Assembly: GCA_003153435.1 (NCBI GenBank)
Contig: PLYR01000050.1
Coordinates: 29 to 64,028, forward strand
Direction: 5' to 3'
DNA: 64,000 nucleotides
Origin: Bacteroidota bacterium
Lineage (GTDB): Bacteria > Bacteroidota > Bacteroidia > Palsa-965
The notes under the pieces were generated by a model. The model was given only the letters and a program-made list of their open reading frames with translations. It was not told the origin of the DNA and searched no databases. The position numbers and the translations under genes were made by a program. Shown in pieces: positions 20,187-30,139 of the stretch (the first letter of the stretch is position 1; every line of letters begins with the position of its first letter).

Positions 20187-21044
20187 TCAGGAACGTTGTG
20201 TTATCCTAGTTCTCAGCTCTTTGACTTCGGCCGAGATCTTTTGAACTTCTGACCAATTAAGGTGATTCGAATCTGCAGCCGTCTGGTAGAGATGGTCAAT
20301 CTTTTGTAAGGAAGTAAGTATTTCGGAAAAAGGCTCTTTCTTAAAATCATTCAGCAAACTGATCAGGTTCTTGAGATGCTTTTTCTGGTCAGACACTAAA
20401 GAATAAAGCTCCGTATAACTCCCGTTGTCCTCATTGATGCCAATAGTCTGAGTTGTCAAATAGAGACTTTCAATCCAGCCCCCGCAAACAACCAGGGCAG
20501 CCATTCCAAGCCTATCGTTCGATTTAAGTGTTTTATCAATTTCAGTGTAAGAATGGTACATAACATTCTGAAGTGTATCCTTGTTGGTTTCATTTATGTT
20601 GTACCTGTTCATCATATTATCATCGAATGCTGTAGGCACGCCAAGGTCATCAGCAAGACGTTTAATAGTTTTAATATGACTGGGAAACTCTTTGAACTCT
20701 CCGAGGGAAATAATATAGGTTAAGTCTGCTCCATAAACGCCAAGACAAAGTGATTTTGAATCAGTCTGGTTAACAGCAGCCAGTGCAGTCACGGGGTGCA
20801 GGAGTTCTGCCTTATAGAGCACATAAGAAGTGCTAAGGCGATGAAGGATATCAAAGGGAATAGGTACGTTACTGATCAGATGGTTATACTTTGAATGAGT
20901 AGAGTCCTGCAATTTACCGGTTGACGATGGAAGGGGCATAGAATCTCTTAGGTTCGTCACAGGGCTTGGTTTGTTGTTTCCACAACCTAAAACAAAAAGC
21001 AGAGGACAGAGAAGGAGTAAAAACGTCTTCCTGGTGAGCAGCAT
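20187..21044 (-). CDS. hypothetical lipoprotein (paralog of 10229..11125)
   Basis: Signal peptide plus lipobox LFVLGCGNN; conserved blocks shared with 10229..11125. Confidence 0.55.
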   Translation of the reverse strand: MLLTRKTFLLLLCPLLFVLGCGNNKPSPVTNLRDSMPLPSSTGKLQDSTHSKYNHLISNVPIPFDILHRLSTSYVLYKAELLHPVTALAAVNQTDSKSLCLGVYGADLTYIISLGEFKEFPSHIKTIKRLADDLGVPTAFDDNMMNRYNINETNKDTLQNVMYHSYTEIDKTLKSNDRLGMAALVVCGGWIESLYLTTQTIGINEDNGSYTELYSLVSDQKKHLKNLISLLNDFKKEPFSEILTSLQKIDHLYQTAADSNHLNWSEVQKISAEVKELRTRITQRS

Positions 21045-21049
21045 AGGAT

Positions 21050-22141
21050 TTATTTTAAATATGTGAGATCATGCTTGTTCTGAATTTTCCTCAGTGTTTC
21101 ATAGATCAGTAGGATGACGTTGTCTACATCTTTTTTCTGGACAGCTTCCACTGTTGTATGCATGTAACGCAGAGGAAGGGAGATCAGTACTGAAGGCACA
21201 CCATTTCTGGAATAGGCAAATGCATCTGTGTCAGTACCAGTTGAACGGGAAACGGCTTCACGTTGGAACGGAATTTTACTTTTTTGAGCCGCGTTAATGA
21301 CTGTTTGAAGGAGCTTGTTGTGTACTGCCGGTCCGTAAGTGAGCACAGGTCCTTTGCCACAGGAAATATCCCCATTCGCAATTTTATTCATCATAGGTGT
21401 CTGAGAGTCGTGGATAACATCGGTAATAATAGCGATGTCTGGTGCTAAGCGATGGGAGATCATTCTGGCACCATTAAGTCCAACTTCCTCCTGAACTGAA
21501 TTTACAATATAAAGTCCGAATGGAAGTTTGGTTTTCGTTTCATGAAGAAGACGCGCAACCTGGGCAATCATAAAACCACCCACCCTGTTGTCTAACGCTC
21601 TTCCGACATAAAATTTATCGTTCAGGATCATGAACTCATCTTCATAGGTGACTACACATCCAACATGCACACCCAGTTTTTCAACTTCTGCCTGGGAGCT
21701 GCATCCACAATCAAGGAAAATGTTTTTTATACTGGGTGCTTCTTCGCGGCCTGGTTCACGAGTATGGATGGCGGGCCATCCAAAAATAGCTCTGACAATA
21801 CCTTTGTCGGTATGTATATTTACGCGTTTCGATGGAGCTATTTGGTGATCAGATCCACCATTCTTGCGCAAATAAATAAATCCATCCTTAGTTATGTAAT
21901 GCACAAACCAGGAGATCTCATCTGCATGGGCTTCGATAACAACTTTATAAGATGCTTTAGGGTTGATTACTCCTACAGCAGTGCCATATGAATCAACAAA
22001 ATATTCATCTATATATGGTTTGAGGTAATCGAGCCATATTTTCTGTCCTTTCCATTCAAATCCGGTAGGGGAAGGGTTATTAATATATTGCTCTAAAAAC
22101 CGGAGCGACTCTTTGGTTACTGGGCTTTTTTTCTGTGACAT
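21050..22141 (-). CDS. M42-family glutamyl aminopeptidase (FrvX/endoglucanase-like)
   Basis: 363 aa with M42 metal-ligand motifs (HADEI, EEVGLNGA, ITDVIHD). Confidence 0.85.
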   Translation of the reverse strand: MSQKKSPVTKESLRFLEQYINNPSPTGFEWKGQKIWLDYLKPYIDEYFVDSYGTAVGVINPKASYKVVIEAHADEISWFVHYITKDGFIYLRKNGGSDHQIAPSKRVNIHTDKGIVRAIFGWPAIHTREPGREEAPSIKNIFLDCGCSSQAEVEKLGVHVGCVVTYEDEFMILNDKFYVGRALDNRVGGFMIAQVARLLHETKTKLPFGLYIVNSVQEEVGLNGARMISHRLAPDIAIITDVIHDSQTPMMNKIANGDISCGKGPVLTYGPAVHNKLLQTVINAAQKSKIPFQREAVSRSTGTDTDAFAYSRNGVPSVLISLPLRYMHTTVEAVQKKDVDNVILLIYETLRKIQNKHDLTYLK

Positions 22142-22315
22142 AGTAAATGATCGTGTATCCTACAAAGATAAAATTATTATTGAAGTATGGTGTCATTTTC
22201 CCTTCAGGTTGAAAGGGTCTTTTTACCTGAATTCATGTCGTTTTATCTGACCTAATTTTCCTATCTTTCTAGTCTCTTAGGAAAAATCAAAAAAAGAGTA
22301 ATACAATTCCCCATT

Positions 22316-23365
22316 ATGAATAAAACCCTCATCGTGTTTTCTCTTTCCCTGGTTCTGCCCTTGCTGATGCTGTCACAGACTGATACCGTCAAAGCTAAAT
22401 TTGTCGATGAACAGGAAGCTGAAAAATATTATAATATTGGTATTGACAACCTGAATGCCAAGCGGATAGCCGAGGCTCTCAATGCCTTTAATAAGGCTAT
22501 TGAAGTGAAACCCGCATTTGAGAAGGCCTATTATAACCGTGGGTTAACTTATCAGGACATGCTCCGGAATAAGGAGGCACTCGACGATTTTACGAAGGCA
22601 ATAGAGTTAAACCCGAATTCAGATCTTTATTATTATAGCCGAGCTCAGGTAAAAGCGAGTGGGACGGATAAGGATGGAGCAATTGAAGATTATGGGAAAG
22701 CGATTACATTAAACCCCAAAAATGCGGAGGCTTGCTATTACCGTGGTGTCCTCAAATTTGAGAAGGAAAATTATGCAGGTGCCAGTGCTGATTTTACTAT
22801 GGCCATAGAGTCTAAACCAGATTATGCATATGCTCTTAATGATCGGGGTAGCGCAAAAAGGATGCTCAATGATATTCCAGGGGCAATTCAGGATTACAGT
22901 AAAGCTATTAAAGCCAATCCGGGACTGGCCTTCATTTATAATAACCTGGGAAGTGTCAAGAAAAAAAACAATGATTTGCAGGGAGCTGTGGATGCATATA
23001 CTACGGCAGTAACAATGAAGACAGATTACTTCATTGCTTATAATAACAGAGGAATTGCAAAATTCGATCAAGGCGATTTTAAAGGAGCTCTTTCAGATTT
23101 TAACAAGGCCATACTGCTTAATTCAGAATATGCGTTCGCATATAACAACCGTTCAGCCGCAAAATTTAAATTGCTGGATTACAAGGGTGCTGTGGAAGAC
23201 TGTAGCCAGGCTATTAAGCTGAATGGAGCCTATGGTTATGCCTATATGAACAGGGGGATTGCCAAGGAGATGCTGAGAGATGAAAAAGGTTCCTGTCAGG
23301 ATATGAAAAAAGCCATTGAACTTGGTGTTGATCAGGCCAAAAATTACCTAAGTGATTGCAAGTAA
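22316..23365 (+). CDS. tetratricopeptide-repeat lipoprotein/secreted protein
   Basis: Signal peptide followed by about eight 34-aa TPR units (AYYNRG..., AYNNRG... repeated). Confidence 0.8.
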   Translation: MNKTLIVFSLSLVLPLLMLSQTDTVKAKFVDEQEAEKYYNIGIDNLNAKRIAEALNAFNKAIEVKPAFEKAYYNRGLTYQDMLRNKEALDDFTKAIELNPNSDLYYYSRAQVKASGTDKDGAIEDYGKAITLNPKNAEACYYRGVLKFEKENYAGASADFTMAIESKPDYAYALNDRGSAKRMLNDIPGAIQDYSKAIKANPGLAFIYNNLGSVKKKNNDLQGAVDAYTTAVTMKTDYFIAYNNRGIAKFDQGDFKGALSDFNKAILLNSEYAFAYNNRSAAKFKLLDYKGAVEDCSQAIKLNGAYGYAYMNRGIAKEMLRDEKGSCQDMKKAIELGVDQAKNYLSDCK

Positions 23366-25554
23366 ATAAAATCATTAAAAAAGAAATGATGCTTCACATT
23401 CCAAAATACATATTCGCGTTCCTATTCTTTTCAAGCAGCCTCATCTTGAGGGCCCAAACCAATGTAGAGTTTGAGAAGGAAAATTTTAAGGATAAGAAAG
23501 ATCAGTTAAGGGAAGCTAAAAGCAATATCAAGCAGGGTGATGAACTCTATGCAACTGCTTACGACCACTATAAAGCTGCTGTAGATCATTTTATTAAGGA
23601 AAGTCACTATGTTCCAGGTATTAACGATATCAGTGGAGCCGGATCCGGAGATTTTGCAAATGCGGTTGGCTTTTATAAAAAGGCGAATGAAATAAACCCG
23701 AATAATGCTGACTTGAATTATAAAATAGGGTTTTGCCTGATTTGGATGCCTGCAGGTAAATTCGAGGCGCTTCACTACTTTGAAAAGGCATATCAACTTA
23801 AATCTACTGTTGCTCCGGATATTCAATATTATCTGGGCCGGGGGTATCATCTGGATCAGCAATGGGAGAAAGCTATGGCTGCATACAAGGCTTATATTCC
23901 GCTACTTGACCAGAAGAAGTCAGATGACAACAAGGTATTAATTGCAGATGTGAACAAAAAAGTGGAAGAGTGTGCAATGGGCCTTGAGCTTTCCAAACAC
24001 CCTGAACGTGTGTTTATTGACAACCTTGGATGTCAGGTTAATTCAAAGTATCCGGATTATGGCCCTCTTATTTCAACAGATGAATCTGTGATGATATTCA
24101 CCTCAAGAAGAGATAACACTACGGGTGGTGGAAAAGCAGAATCGGGAGAATACAATGAGGACCTATATCTAAGCACCTGCAAGGAAGCAGGAGGTGCCTG
24201 GGGGCCTCCGCTCAATCTTGGAAAACCTATTAACACTGAGGAGCATGATGCCACGGCAGGATTGTCACCTGATGGAACAACTCTATATATCTATCGATTT
24301 ACACCCAGAGATGGGGGAGATATATGGGAATGTCACCAAAGTGGTGATACTTGGACGAAACCGGAGCGGATGAATAAAAATATTAATTCTGATGCCCATG
24401 AATCAACGGTGAGTCTATCCTATGATGGAAAGACACTGTATTTCGTAAGCGACCGTAAAGGAGGAATGGGAGGAAAAGATATTTACCTCTCCCGTCTTGA
24501 TGCCAAAGGGAAATGGGGACCGGCCGAAAATCTTGGTGCGCCAATCAATACAATGTATTCAGAAGAAGGTGTATTTATACACCCGGATGGTAAAACGATG
24601 TACTTCAGTTCTCAGGGGCATAAAACTATCGGGGGTTATGATCTTTTTAAATCCACACTCGTAGATGGAAAATGGACTGAGCCTGTAAATATGGGCTACC
24701 CGGTAAATGGGCCAGATGATGATGTGTTTTTTGTAATCTCAGGAAGTGAACGGCATGGGTATTATGCATCCAAGAAAAGTGAAGGATGCGGAGAGAAAGA
24801 TCTTTACAAGATTACATTTCTGGGACCTGAGAAACCATTTGCTATGAATGCAGAGGATAATCTCCTGGCCAGCGTTGCCTCACCTATAAAGGCCCGGGTT
24901 ATTGCACCACCGATAGCTATTAAGTCAGCAGCTCTGACCATTCTAAAAGGAGTAATCACGGATGCACTTACTGGAAAGCCATTGGAAGCCACAATTGAGC
25001 TTGTGGATAATCAAAGGAATGAGGTTATAGCTAGTTTTAAATCAAATAGTGCAAGCGGAAAATACCTGGTCACTCTTCCTGCTGGGAAAAATTACGGGAT
25101 TGCTGTGAAAGCCGAAAATTATCTTTTTCATTCTGAAAACTTTGATATTCCTAACGCTGCGGCGTTTCAGGAGGTTACAAAGGATATTGCCCTAAACAAT
25201 TTGGCAGTCGGAACGAAAATTGTTTTGAGAAATATTTTTTTCGACTTCGATAAATCCACCTTACGTTCTGAATCCACGAATGAACTGGAAAGGCTTACCA
25301 AGCTGCTAACAGATGTACCTACCTTGAAGATTGAGATTTCAGGCCATACCGATAATAAAGGATCGGCAGAATATAATCAAAAATTATCGGAGAGTCGGGC
25401 TAAGGCAGTAGTTGACTATCTGGTTTCTAAGGGAATAACATCAGACAGACTTCAGTATAAAGGCTATGGTTTAACCCAGCCTATGGCAGGAAACGAGACC
25501 GACGAAGGACGTCAACTTAATCGCCGCACAGAGTTTAAAGTGCTTAGTAAATAA
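23356..25554 (+). CDS. OmpA-family protein with N-terminal TPR, TolB-like beta-propeller repeats and a C-terminal OmpA peptidoglycan-binding domain
   Basis: C-terminus NIFFDFDKSTLR...GHTDNKGSAEYNQKLSESRAKAVVDYL...NRRTEFKV is an OmpA_C domain. Repeated DGKTLYF/DGTTLYI WD40-like motifs in the middle. 10-nt overlap with the upstream TPR gene. Confidence 0.8.
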   Translation: MQVNKIIKKEMMLHIPKYIFAFLFFSSSLILRAQTNVEFEKENFKDKKDQLREAKSNIKQGDELYATAYDHYKAAVDHFIKESHYVPGINDISGAGSGDFANAVGFYKKANEINPNNADLNYKIGFCLIWMPAGKFEALHYFEKAYQLKSTVAPDIQYYLGRGYHLDQQWEKAMAAYKAYIPLLDQKKSDDNKVLIADVNKKVEECAMGLELSKHPERVFIDNLGCQVNSKYPDYGPLISTDESVMIFTSRRDNTTGGGKAESGEYNEDLYLSTCKEAGGAWGPPLNLGKPINTEEHDATAGLSPDGTTLYIYRFTPRDGGDIWECHQSGDTWTKPERMNKNINSDAHESTVSLSYDGKTLYFVSDRKGGMGGKDIYLSRLDAKGKWGPAENLGAPINTMYSEEGVFIHPDGKTMYFSSQGHKTIGGYDLFKSTLVDGKWTEPVNMGYPVNGPDDDVFFVISGSERHGYYASKKSEGCGEKDLYKITFLGPEKPFAMNAEDNLLASVASPIKARVIAPPIAIKSAALTILKGVITDALTGKPLEATIELVDNQRNEVIASFKSNSASGKYLVTLPAGKNYGIAVKAENYLFHSENFDIPNAAAFQEVTKDIALNNLAVGTKIVLRNIFFDFDKSTLRSESTNELERLTKLLTDVPTLKIEISGHTDNKGSAEYNQKLSESRAKAVVDYLVSKGITSDRLQYKGYGLTQPMAGNETDEGRQLNRRTEFKVLSK

Positions 25555-26110
25555 AAGGATAAGGGTAATTATTGAGATATCCAGCGTGGCCTATAGACCT
25601 CGGCAGAAACTGGATTTATTTGGGAAGCAAGAACAATTCTGCTGGAACTGTTATGAGTGGTAGTTCCTTGACGAGGCTCCGATTGATGCTTATTATCAAG
25701 ATAAAGTCGGGCTACTGTAAAGCTGCCCGTATAAAACAACATTCCAAGTAAAGCCAGCTTTATTTGTAGTACGTGCCTCATTTTTGAGATTCTAAACCTT
25801 TTCTGTTTTCTTATTGTTTGAGGTCTGTAGCAACCTTACATCCCATCTCATGTGAGATTGGAATGTACGACTGAATATTCAATTCTTTGAAATTATAGTC
25901 AAATATAGTTTTTGTACGTGTTCCTACAGGTATAGTTACAAAATCATAAACCAAATCCACCGAATTATTAGCTGATATTTTAACACAGATTATCATTATT
26001 TCTTACATACCTTCCAGGAGAGACCTTGGAGAGCCTGTCCAAGTTCCAATTTCGACAAAGGAGGTGCTATTGATTACCAATTACTTATAATAATAGCTGA
26101 GTTGCCCGAG

Positions 26111-26144
26111 AAACAAGAATCCCCCCATATTATAGTATGGGGGG
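26111..26144 (-). terminator. rho-independent terminator of the mks/jet-like operon
   Basis: ccccccata-ttatag-tatgggggg is a perfect 9-bp GC-rich stem. On the minus strand it is followed by attcttgttt, 50 nt after the stop of the SMC-like gene. Confidence 0.6.
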
Positions 26145-26196
26145 ATCAAGAGTCGGGTTTTGTAAGGAAATTATGAACTCTTATGAACAAGGGCTT

Positions 26197-29100
26197 TTAC
26201 CTTGCCTCAATGAAATCATTAAGCAATTTTTTACTGTTTCGGGTCTTGAAGAAACTCATCGGTGAATAATTAATATCCTTATCCTTACCTCGGATGAGCA
26301 TGTGGAGGAACCAATCTTCATCAGTGTAGGATCCGAACGGTTTCGGAGTCATAGTGATCAATTGATATCCAAATTGTCCTGCAATCTGAGGAAAGAGATT
26401 AAAATTCAGGTCATCAATATTTGACAATTCTTCTATAATTATAAACTTAACTCCCGGACGTGTTCTATCTTTTTGAATAACAGAAAGTCGTCCGATACAA
26501 AGCAGAGCAAGGGCTGTGTATGCTTGTCCCCCGGATCCAGTATACTTAATCCCCACATCATCGAACAGACCAACTTTCAGTTCAAAATAGAATTTAGGAT
26601 TAAGAAGGTCGCTCAGTTCACAGTTCTTGATAGAGCTGAATGTTTTAGCGATGTTTACAATCAGTTTTTCAGGTGAATTCTGTGTTTTGTCAATATCTTC
26701 GATTTCAGTGAACAAGTCAGCTCCGAACTTCTGAACCTTTGCCTTTTCACGCATTTTTCGGATCCATTCTATAGTAATTTCCTTCTTTTCCAGGAATTCA
26801 ATTCTGAATTGATAGTTATTACTGATCCTGTTTTCTGTAAAGAAGAAGTTAAGCTCCGTAATAAGTTTGCGGAAGTTCTGGTACTGCCGGGCCACCTGGT
26901 CAAATACATTGAGGATAATTGTCAACTGCAGGTCACCAAATTTCTTGAGCTCCTCATTCAATTTTAGAAGTTCTGGGCCAATACCTTCCAGCCCTAGTTT
27001 ACCACAGAGCACATTCACCAGGGTCTGGAAATTGAATTTGTCTGTCTCCAGTTCCTGGTTTTTATTATCCTTTGTCTCATCAAAGGATTGGGCAATGCGA
27101 GCAAATTCATTTTCGAAATTACGGCGGTCTGTAACCGACTTTTCTGCCAGTTGAAGGATTCTTGCATTAGTATAATCTCCAAGATGTGGAAGGTCTTCCC
27201 ATTTGAGATTGGTGTCTTTTTCCAGATCATCCCGCTTCTCATCAAAGATGGCTTGCGTTTTTTCCAGTTCCAGCTTCAGTTGAGGTTCTTTTTCCTGACA
27301 GGCTTTGACTACTCCATCAATCGAAATCTGATTCCTGACAGCTGCTTCCTTTTCGGGTGCGGTTTCTTCAACCTTTCGTTCTAGTTGAGATTTCTGTGCA
27401 ATAATGTCTTCGATAGGCAGTGTTTCAAATTTGGGTTTGATCCACTCTACTTTGAAGGGCAGTTCTTCCTTAAGTTTGTTTATCTCGTATTTACATTTGT
27501 CGTTATCATCCAGGATCTGCTCAAGCTTGAGTTTGAATTCGGTCTGCTGTTGCGCAAGGCGAATTGCTTCCCTGTTAGCATTCTGATATTGACGGTCAAG
27601 TTCATCAAAGGCGCCGAGTTGTTCTTCATTCTCAATAAATGCTTCCATCACCGTTTTGTTCAGGTCCTCATCTATCTCGTAGGCTTCAATCTTTTTGCGA
27701 TTTTTATAAGCATCCGCCATATCAGCATTGTATCCTATTTCAAGAAGCTCGAGGTTCAGTTTGCGGATAAGCTTGAGCTCCTCTTCGGCATCCTTCAGGT
27801 TCTGGAGGATTTCTTTTTTGTCTTTTTCAAGTACCGTCTTAAGCTTCTTCGCATCGTCAAATTTTTGTTTGCCGACCATGGGAATCAACTCCCGAATTTC
27901 TCCGAGTATGAGCCAAAGTCCCCCATGTTTATCTGCCTCATAGCTGCTCAGAAGTTTCTGAGGATTGGTGGTGTATTTTAAGATTTCATCTTCCTTTCCT
28001 ACAGGTTTCTTGGTAGCAATATCCTTAAGGTGCATCAGAACGGATTCTTCCTCTTTGCTCAAGGGGCGTTTTTCACTTACAGCCCAATGGAATAATGAGT
28101 TTGCATTGCTTTTGTCATAAAGTTCAAGTAAGCCACTCAGTTGATCGATGGTTCGAGGCAATTCTGCAGCCTTTTCAGGATAATTCTTTAAGGCAGCAGC
28201 AAAATCACTCGCCCATTCGGAGCCTTCAAACTCGGAATAGCTTTTTATGCCTTTGAGAAGTTTCAGTTTTGCTTTGCGGTCCCGGTATTTTTCCTGTTCA
28301 CGCATTTTTTCCTGAGCAGCCTGCGCGCTCTGGTATCGTTTGAAGATGGGAGCAAGTTTTTCCAGTTCATTGACAAGGATGAAAAGTTCATTGGCTTGAG
28401 CTCTTTTTTCTTCAATCTTACGGTCACTCAGGGTAGGAATCAGGTCCTCATAGTATTTCTGCAGATGAGTGTTCACCGAAAGCAAGTCCTGATACGCCTT
28501 CAATGCATTTTCAGTGAGTATTTTTACTTCCTTTTTATTCTTGTCAAGACTTCTGACAGCTCCTTCATACCTTGTCTTGTTTTCATTGAAATGACGTTGT
28601 GCTTCAATGAAAAAATTATAGGCATGAATAGTATCTGCAGTCAGGAACTCATCTCTGGAGGCGACACTTTTGTCAAGCATCTTCTGCAGGGAGGTTAGTT
28701 TGGTTTGTTTCTGGTCCAGTTCTTTAATCAGGTCTCTGCTTGAATTATATTGCTTGATATAGTTCTCAAGTTGATCTTTTTGTTCTTCGAAAAGTGTTTT
28801 GATTTCATCATTGTCTTCGAAAAGAAAATTCTGAAGAGAGCGGGAATTTGTTACATCCAGTGTTTTGGCTCTGGAGAATGACTGAAGGATCTTCGCCAGG
28901 GCTTTCAGGTTAGTATCTTTGGTCAGGTCTATAGGCACAATGTGGTTTACGAAGAGTGTTTCGTAATAATTCATGATTTCTTCGTGCTGGAAGTAATCAT
29001 AAAGGTAAATATCAAAAGAAAGAGTGAGGTGCGCCTTTAGCTCCTTGAGTTCCATGACGGTTTTATTCGGTGCAAGGAAATCCGTAGCATGAAGAGGCCG

Positions 29101-29499
29101 GTCGAAATTTTCCAACTCCTTTTTGGAAAAATCGGAGTTCTTTTGAATGATAAAAGGCCTTACCGGGTAACGTGAGTTTTTGGGAATATAAACACCAATC
29201 GTCACGAATTTCCCTTTTGCCCTTTCAATATTGAAGAAGGCATAGGCATGGTCTACATAAGTTTTATTCAGAGGGATACCTTCAATTCTTCTTTCATTTT
29301 TATCCAGTCCTTCCGTACCTGGCTTCCATAAATCCCTTTTAGGGATCAGGATGAGTTGCATTAAGTCGGCTACAATCGATTTACCAAGGCCATTATCGCC
29401 GGTAAAATCGGTTCGAACCGGATGGAGGAGATAGTCGCAATTATTATGCTGGCGCACTCCTACGGTTGAAAGGGAATAGATCTTAGGATAATTGCTCAT
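26197..29499 (-). CDS. MukB/MksB/JetC-like SMC-family ATPase
   Basis: 1100 aa. N-terminal head with Walker A FTGDNGLGKS, then LIPK and ...IGVYIPKNSRYPVRPFIIQ, paralleling MukB GGNGAGKST...LIPD...KPFAIQ. About 700 aa of charged heptad-rich coiled coil follows. C-terminal head has the signature TGSGGQAYTALALL and a Walker-B-like KFIIIEEL. Confidence 0.8.
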   Translation of the reverse strand: MSNYPKIYSLSTVGVRQHNNCDYLLHPVRTDFTGDNGLGKSIVADLMQLILIPKRDLWKPGTEGLDKNERRIEGIPLNKTYVDHAYAFFNIERAKGKFVTIGVYIPKNSRYPVRPFIIQKNSDFSKKELENFDRPLHATDFLAPNKTVMELKELKAHLTLSFDIYLYDYFQHEEIMNYYETLFVNHIVPIDLTKDTNLKALAKILQSFSRAKTLDVTNSRSLQNFLFEDNDEIKTLFEEQKDQLENYIKQYNSSRDLIKELDQKQTKLTSLQKMLDKSVASRDEFLTADTIHAYNFFIEAQRHFNENKTRYEGAVRSLDKNKKEVKILTENALKAYQDLLSVNTHLQKYYEDLIPTLSDRKIEEKRAQANELFILVNELEKLAPIFKRYQSAQAAQEKMREQEKYRDRKAKLKLLKGIKSYSEFEGSEWASDFAAALKNYPEKAAELPRTIDQLSGLLELYDKSNANSLFHWAVSEKRPLSKEEESVLMHLKDIATKKPVGKEDEILKYTTNPQKLLSSYEADKHGGLWLILGEIRELIPMVGKQKFDDAKKLKTVLEKDKKEILQNLKDAEEELKLIRKLNLELLEIGYNADMADAYKNRKKIEAYEIDEDLNKTVMEAFIENEEQLGAFDELDRQYQNANREAIRLAQQQTEFKLKLEQILDDNDKCKYEINKLKEELPFKVEWIKPKFETLPIEDIIAQKSQLERKVEETAPEKEAAVRNQISIDGVVKACQEKEPQLKLELEKTQAIFDEKRDDLEKDTNLKWEDLPHLGDYTNARILQLAEKSVTDRRNFENEFARIAQSFDETKDNKNQELETDKFNFQTLVNVLCGKLGLEGIGPELLKLNEELKKFGDLQLTIILNVFDQVARQYQNFRKLITELNFFFTENRISNNYQFRIEFLEKKEITIEWIRKMREKAKVQKFGADLFTEIEDIDKTQNSPEKLIVNIAKTFSSIKNCELSDLLNPKFYFELKVGLFDDVGIKYTGSGGQAYTALALLCIGRLSVIQKDRTRPGVKFIIIEELSNIDDLNFNLFPQIAGQFGYQLITMTPKPFGSYTDEDWFLHMLIRGKDKDINYSPMSFFKTRNSKKLLNDFIEAR

Positions 29500-30139
29500 G
29501 GATATAATCTTCTGTTAGTTCAACTTCATTGATTTCGCGTGCATACATCTTTGCAAGACGGTCTATACTTGGCATAATTTCGAAGTGGAAGGCTTCCTGG
29601 TTTATCCAGTTAACCCATCCCATTCGCTCAAATTCGTTCAATGTACGTTCAATTTTACGTTTCACTTCGTCTTTTTCGTTAGGGGTATAGTTACGCTTGA
29701 GTTCTCCGTAGAGCAACCGCTGCCAGAGTTCTTTATGTTCCCCTTCTTCAGTAATCTGCTCGATATCATCCCAGGTCATTTCTTTTGCTTCAAAGAATTT
29801 TTCCTTAGAAGAATTCAACAGGAGGATACCGAAAACAACATGCTTGTCTTCAAGTTCCCTACACCTGTCGCGAGTGAAGCGGCCATACCCTTCTTCCGGG
29901 AAATCGAGGTAGAAATAGACATCTCTGTCGTTACTCTCCCTGCGGAGAAAACAGTTATACAGCAGCTCGTAGTAATTCTGAAGATGACCGTAGTTATCGT
30001 TTATATAATCCCATATTTTAGTATCGTAGCTGTAGTTCTGAATATGCTTTCCCTGTGTCAGGGCAAAGTTTGCTTCAGCAAAATACCGTATAGAGCTTTC
30101 TTTTCCTAGGAATTCGAAGGCTGAATTTTCATTCTCCAT
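29483..30139 (-). CDS. MukE/MksE/JetB-like small acidic subunit (putative)
   Basis: 218-aa acidic protein whose stop overlaps the SMC-like gene start by 17 nt. Position and size match MksE/JetB (DUF4194). Family not verifiable by eye. Confidence 0.45.
   Translation of the reverse strand: MENENSAFEFLGKESSIRYFAEANFALTQGKHIQNYSYDTKIWDYINDNYGHLQNYYELLYNCFLRRESNDRDVYFYLDFPEEGYGRFTRDRCRELEDKHVVFGILLLNSSKEKFFEAKEMTWDDIEQITEEGEHKELWQRLLYGELKRNYTPNEKDEVKRKIERTLNEFERMGWVNWINQEAFHFEIMPSIDRLAKMYAREINEVELTEDYIHEQLS

Noticed and set aside
25569-25996. Two small minus-strand ORFs (70 and 61 aa) in the gap downstream of the SMC-like gene
   Set aside because: No coding signal I can support. Kept only as part of the possible jetD-remnant observation.
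27385-27981. 198-aa plus-strand ORF, together with several 60-100-aa ORFs, antisense to the SMC-like gene
   Set aside because: They lie entirely inside the well-supported 1100-aa minus-strand gene. Their translations are low-complexity (F/L/K-rich) mirror images of a coiled-coil coding region, and they have no motifs.
29585-30109. 174-aa plus-strand ORF antisense to the MukE/JetB-like gene
   Set aside because: Completely embedded in a translationally coupled operon gene; hydrophobic low-complexity translation with no start context.
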